Assembly (NCBI GenBank): GCA_965285935.1
Contig: OZ260667.1
Location: forward strand, 43,772,001 to 43,836,000
Origin: Ophelia neglecta
Taxonomy: Eukaryota
Length of the DNA: 64,000 nt
Direction of reading: 5' to 3'
Shown: piece after piece, positions 63,543-64,000 of the stretch
Numbering within the stretch: position 1 is the stretch's first letter
How the letters are laid out: each line of letters starts with the position of its first letter
Made by a program: the position numbers and the translations under genes
The notes under the pieces: model-generated
Database searches by the model: none
What the model saw: only the letters and a program-made list of their open reading frames with translations
What the model was told of the DNA's origin: nothing

Positions 63543-64000
63543 CTAAAATGGAAAGTAGGGCAATGTTGTGCATAACATATATCACGAATAATCGCTTAAA
63601 AAGTGCGTTAAGGACAAATCTATTTAGTATAATGTAAATGGTTTGTTTACACAGAGCTCATTTTATACTGCAGGGCCAACTAATTATCGTCATTAAGTCT
63701 TTCAGGAGAACCTGGTATTCCAAAGTTTGGAATGATTGCTGGGTATTAGTCATTATCTATATTTTTCGTTGAATTTGCTGGTCGAAAAATGATAATTGTT
63801 CATTTCAACCATGGGCAGTCTGTAGTGTTCATTTTAGAAAAATAAGATTGTGTTCCTTAATTCAAATAAGTTATCTCAATACGCCAAAAGAACCAAACAT
63901 AAGATAGCTGATGGTTGACAGTTGATAGTTGTCGATTCGAATCGTCAATCAAAGATGGACATTAGCTCACTATTTAATTTACGATTCCAGATCACAATTC

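Overview
AT-rich, intron-rich animal genomic DNA, probably an invertebrate; the taxon cannot be fixed from sequence alone. Three multi-exon genes were reconstructed by hand with consistent splice phases. (1) A receptor (membrane, NPR/speract-receptor-like) guanylyl cyclase, 'rGC-A', on the minus strand: ATG at 17453, 19 exons in the window, cyclase exons lying beyond the left edge. (2) A complete, frame-intact sulfonylurea-receptor-like ABCC transporter (ABCC8/ABCC9 family) on the plus strand: 29 coding exons, 28709-47307, about 1659 aa. (3) A second, paralogous guanylyl cyclase, 'rGC-B', on the minus strand: 20 exons in the window, 5' end beyond the right edge, stop at 52070, catalytic residues intact. 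The SUR-like gene therefore sits between two same-orientation rGC paralogues with identical intron positions, and no Kir-channel gene lies next to it. Introns and intergenic DNA carry three PIF/Harbinger-family elements (one keeps the 5' ends and TATA boxes of both element genes), two Helentron/HINE-like repeats, nested L2/CR1 LINE remnants, hAT- and pogo-like MITEs, and minisatellites. I found no rRNA, tRNA, CRISPR or prokaryotic features. Nothing here proves a new system. The best leads are the rGC-SUR-rGC cluster with a SUR lacking K-ATP hallmarks, the promoter-bearing Harbinger derivative, and the non-canonical splice sites.
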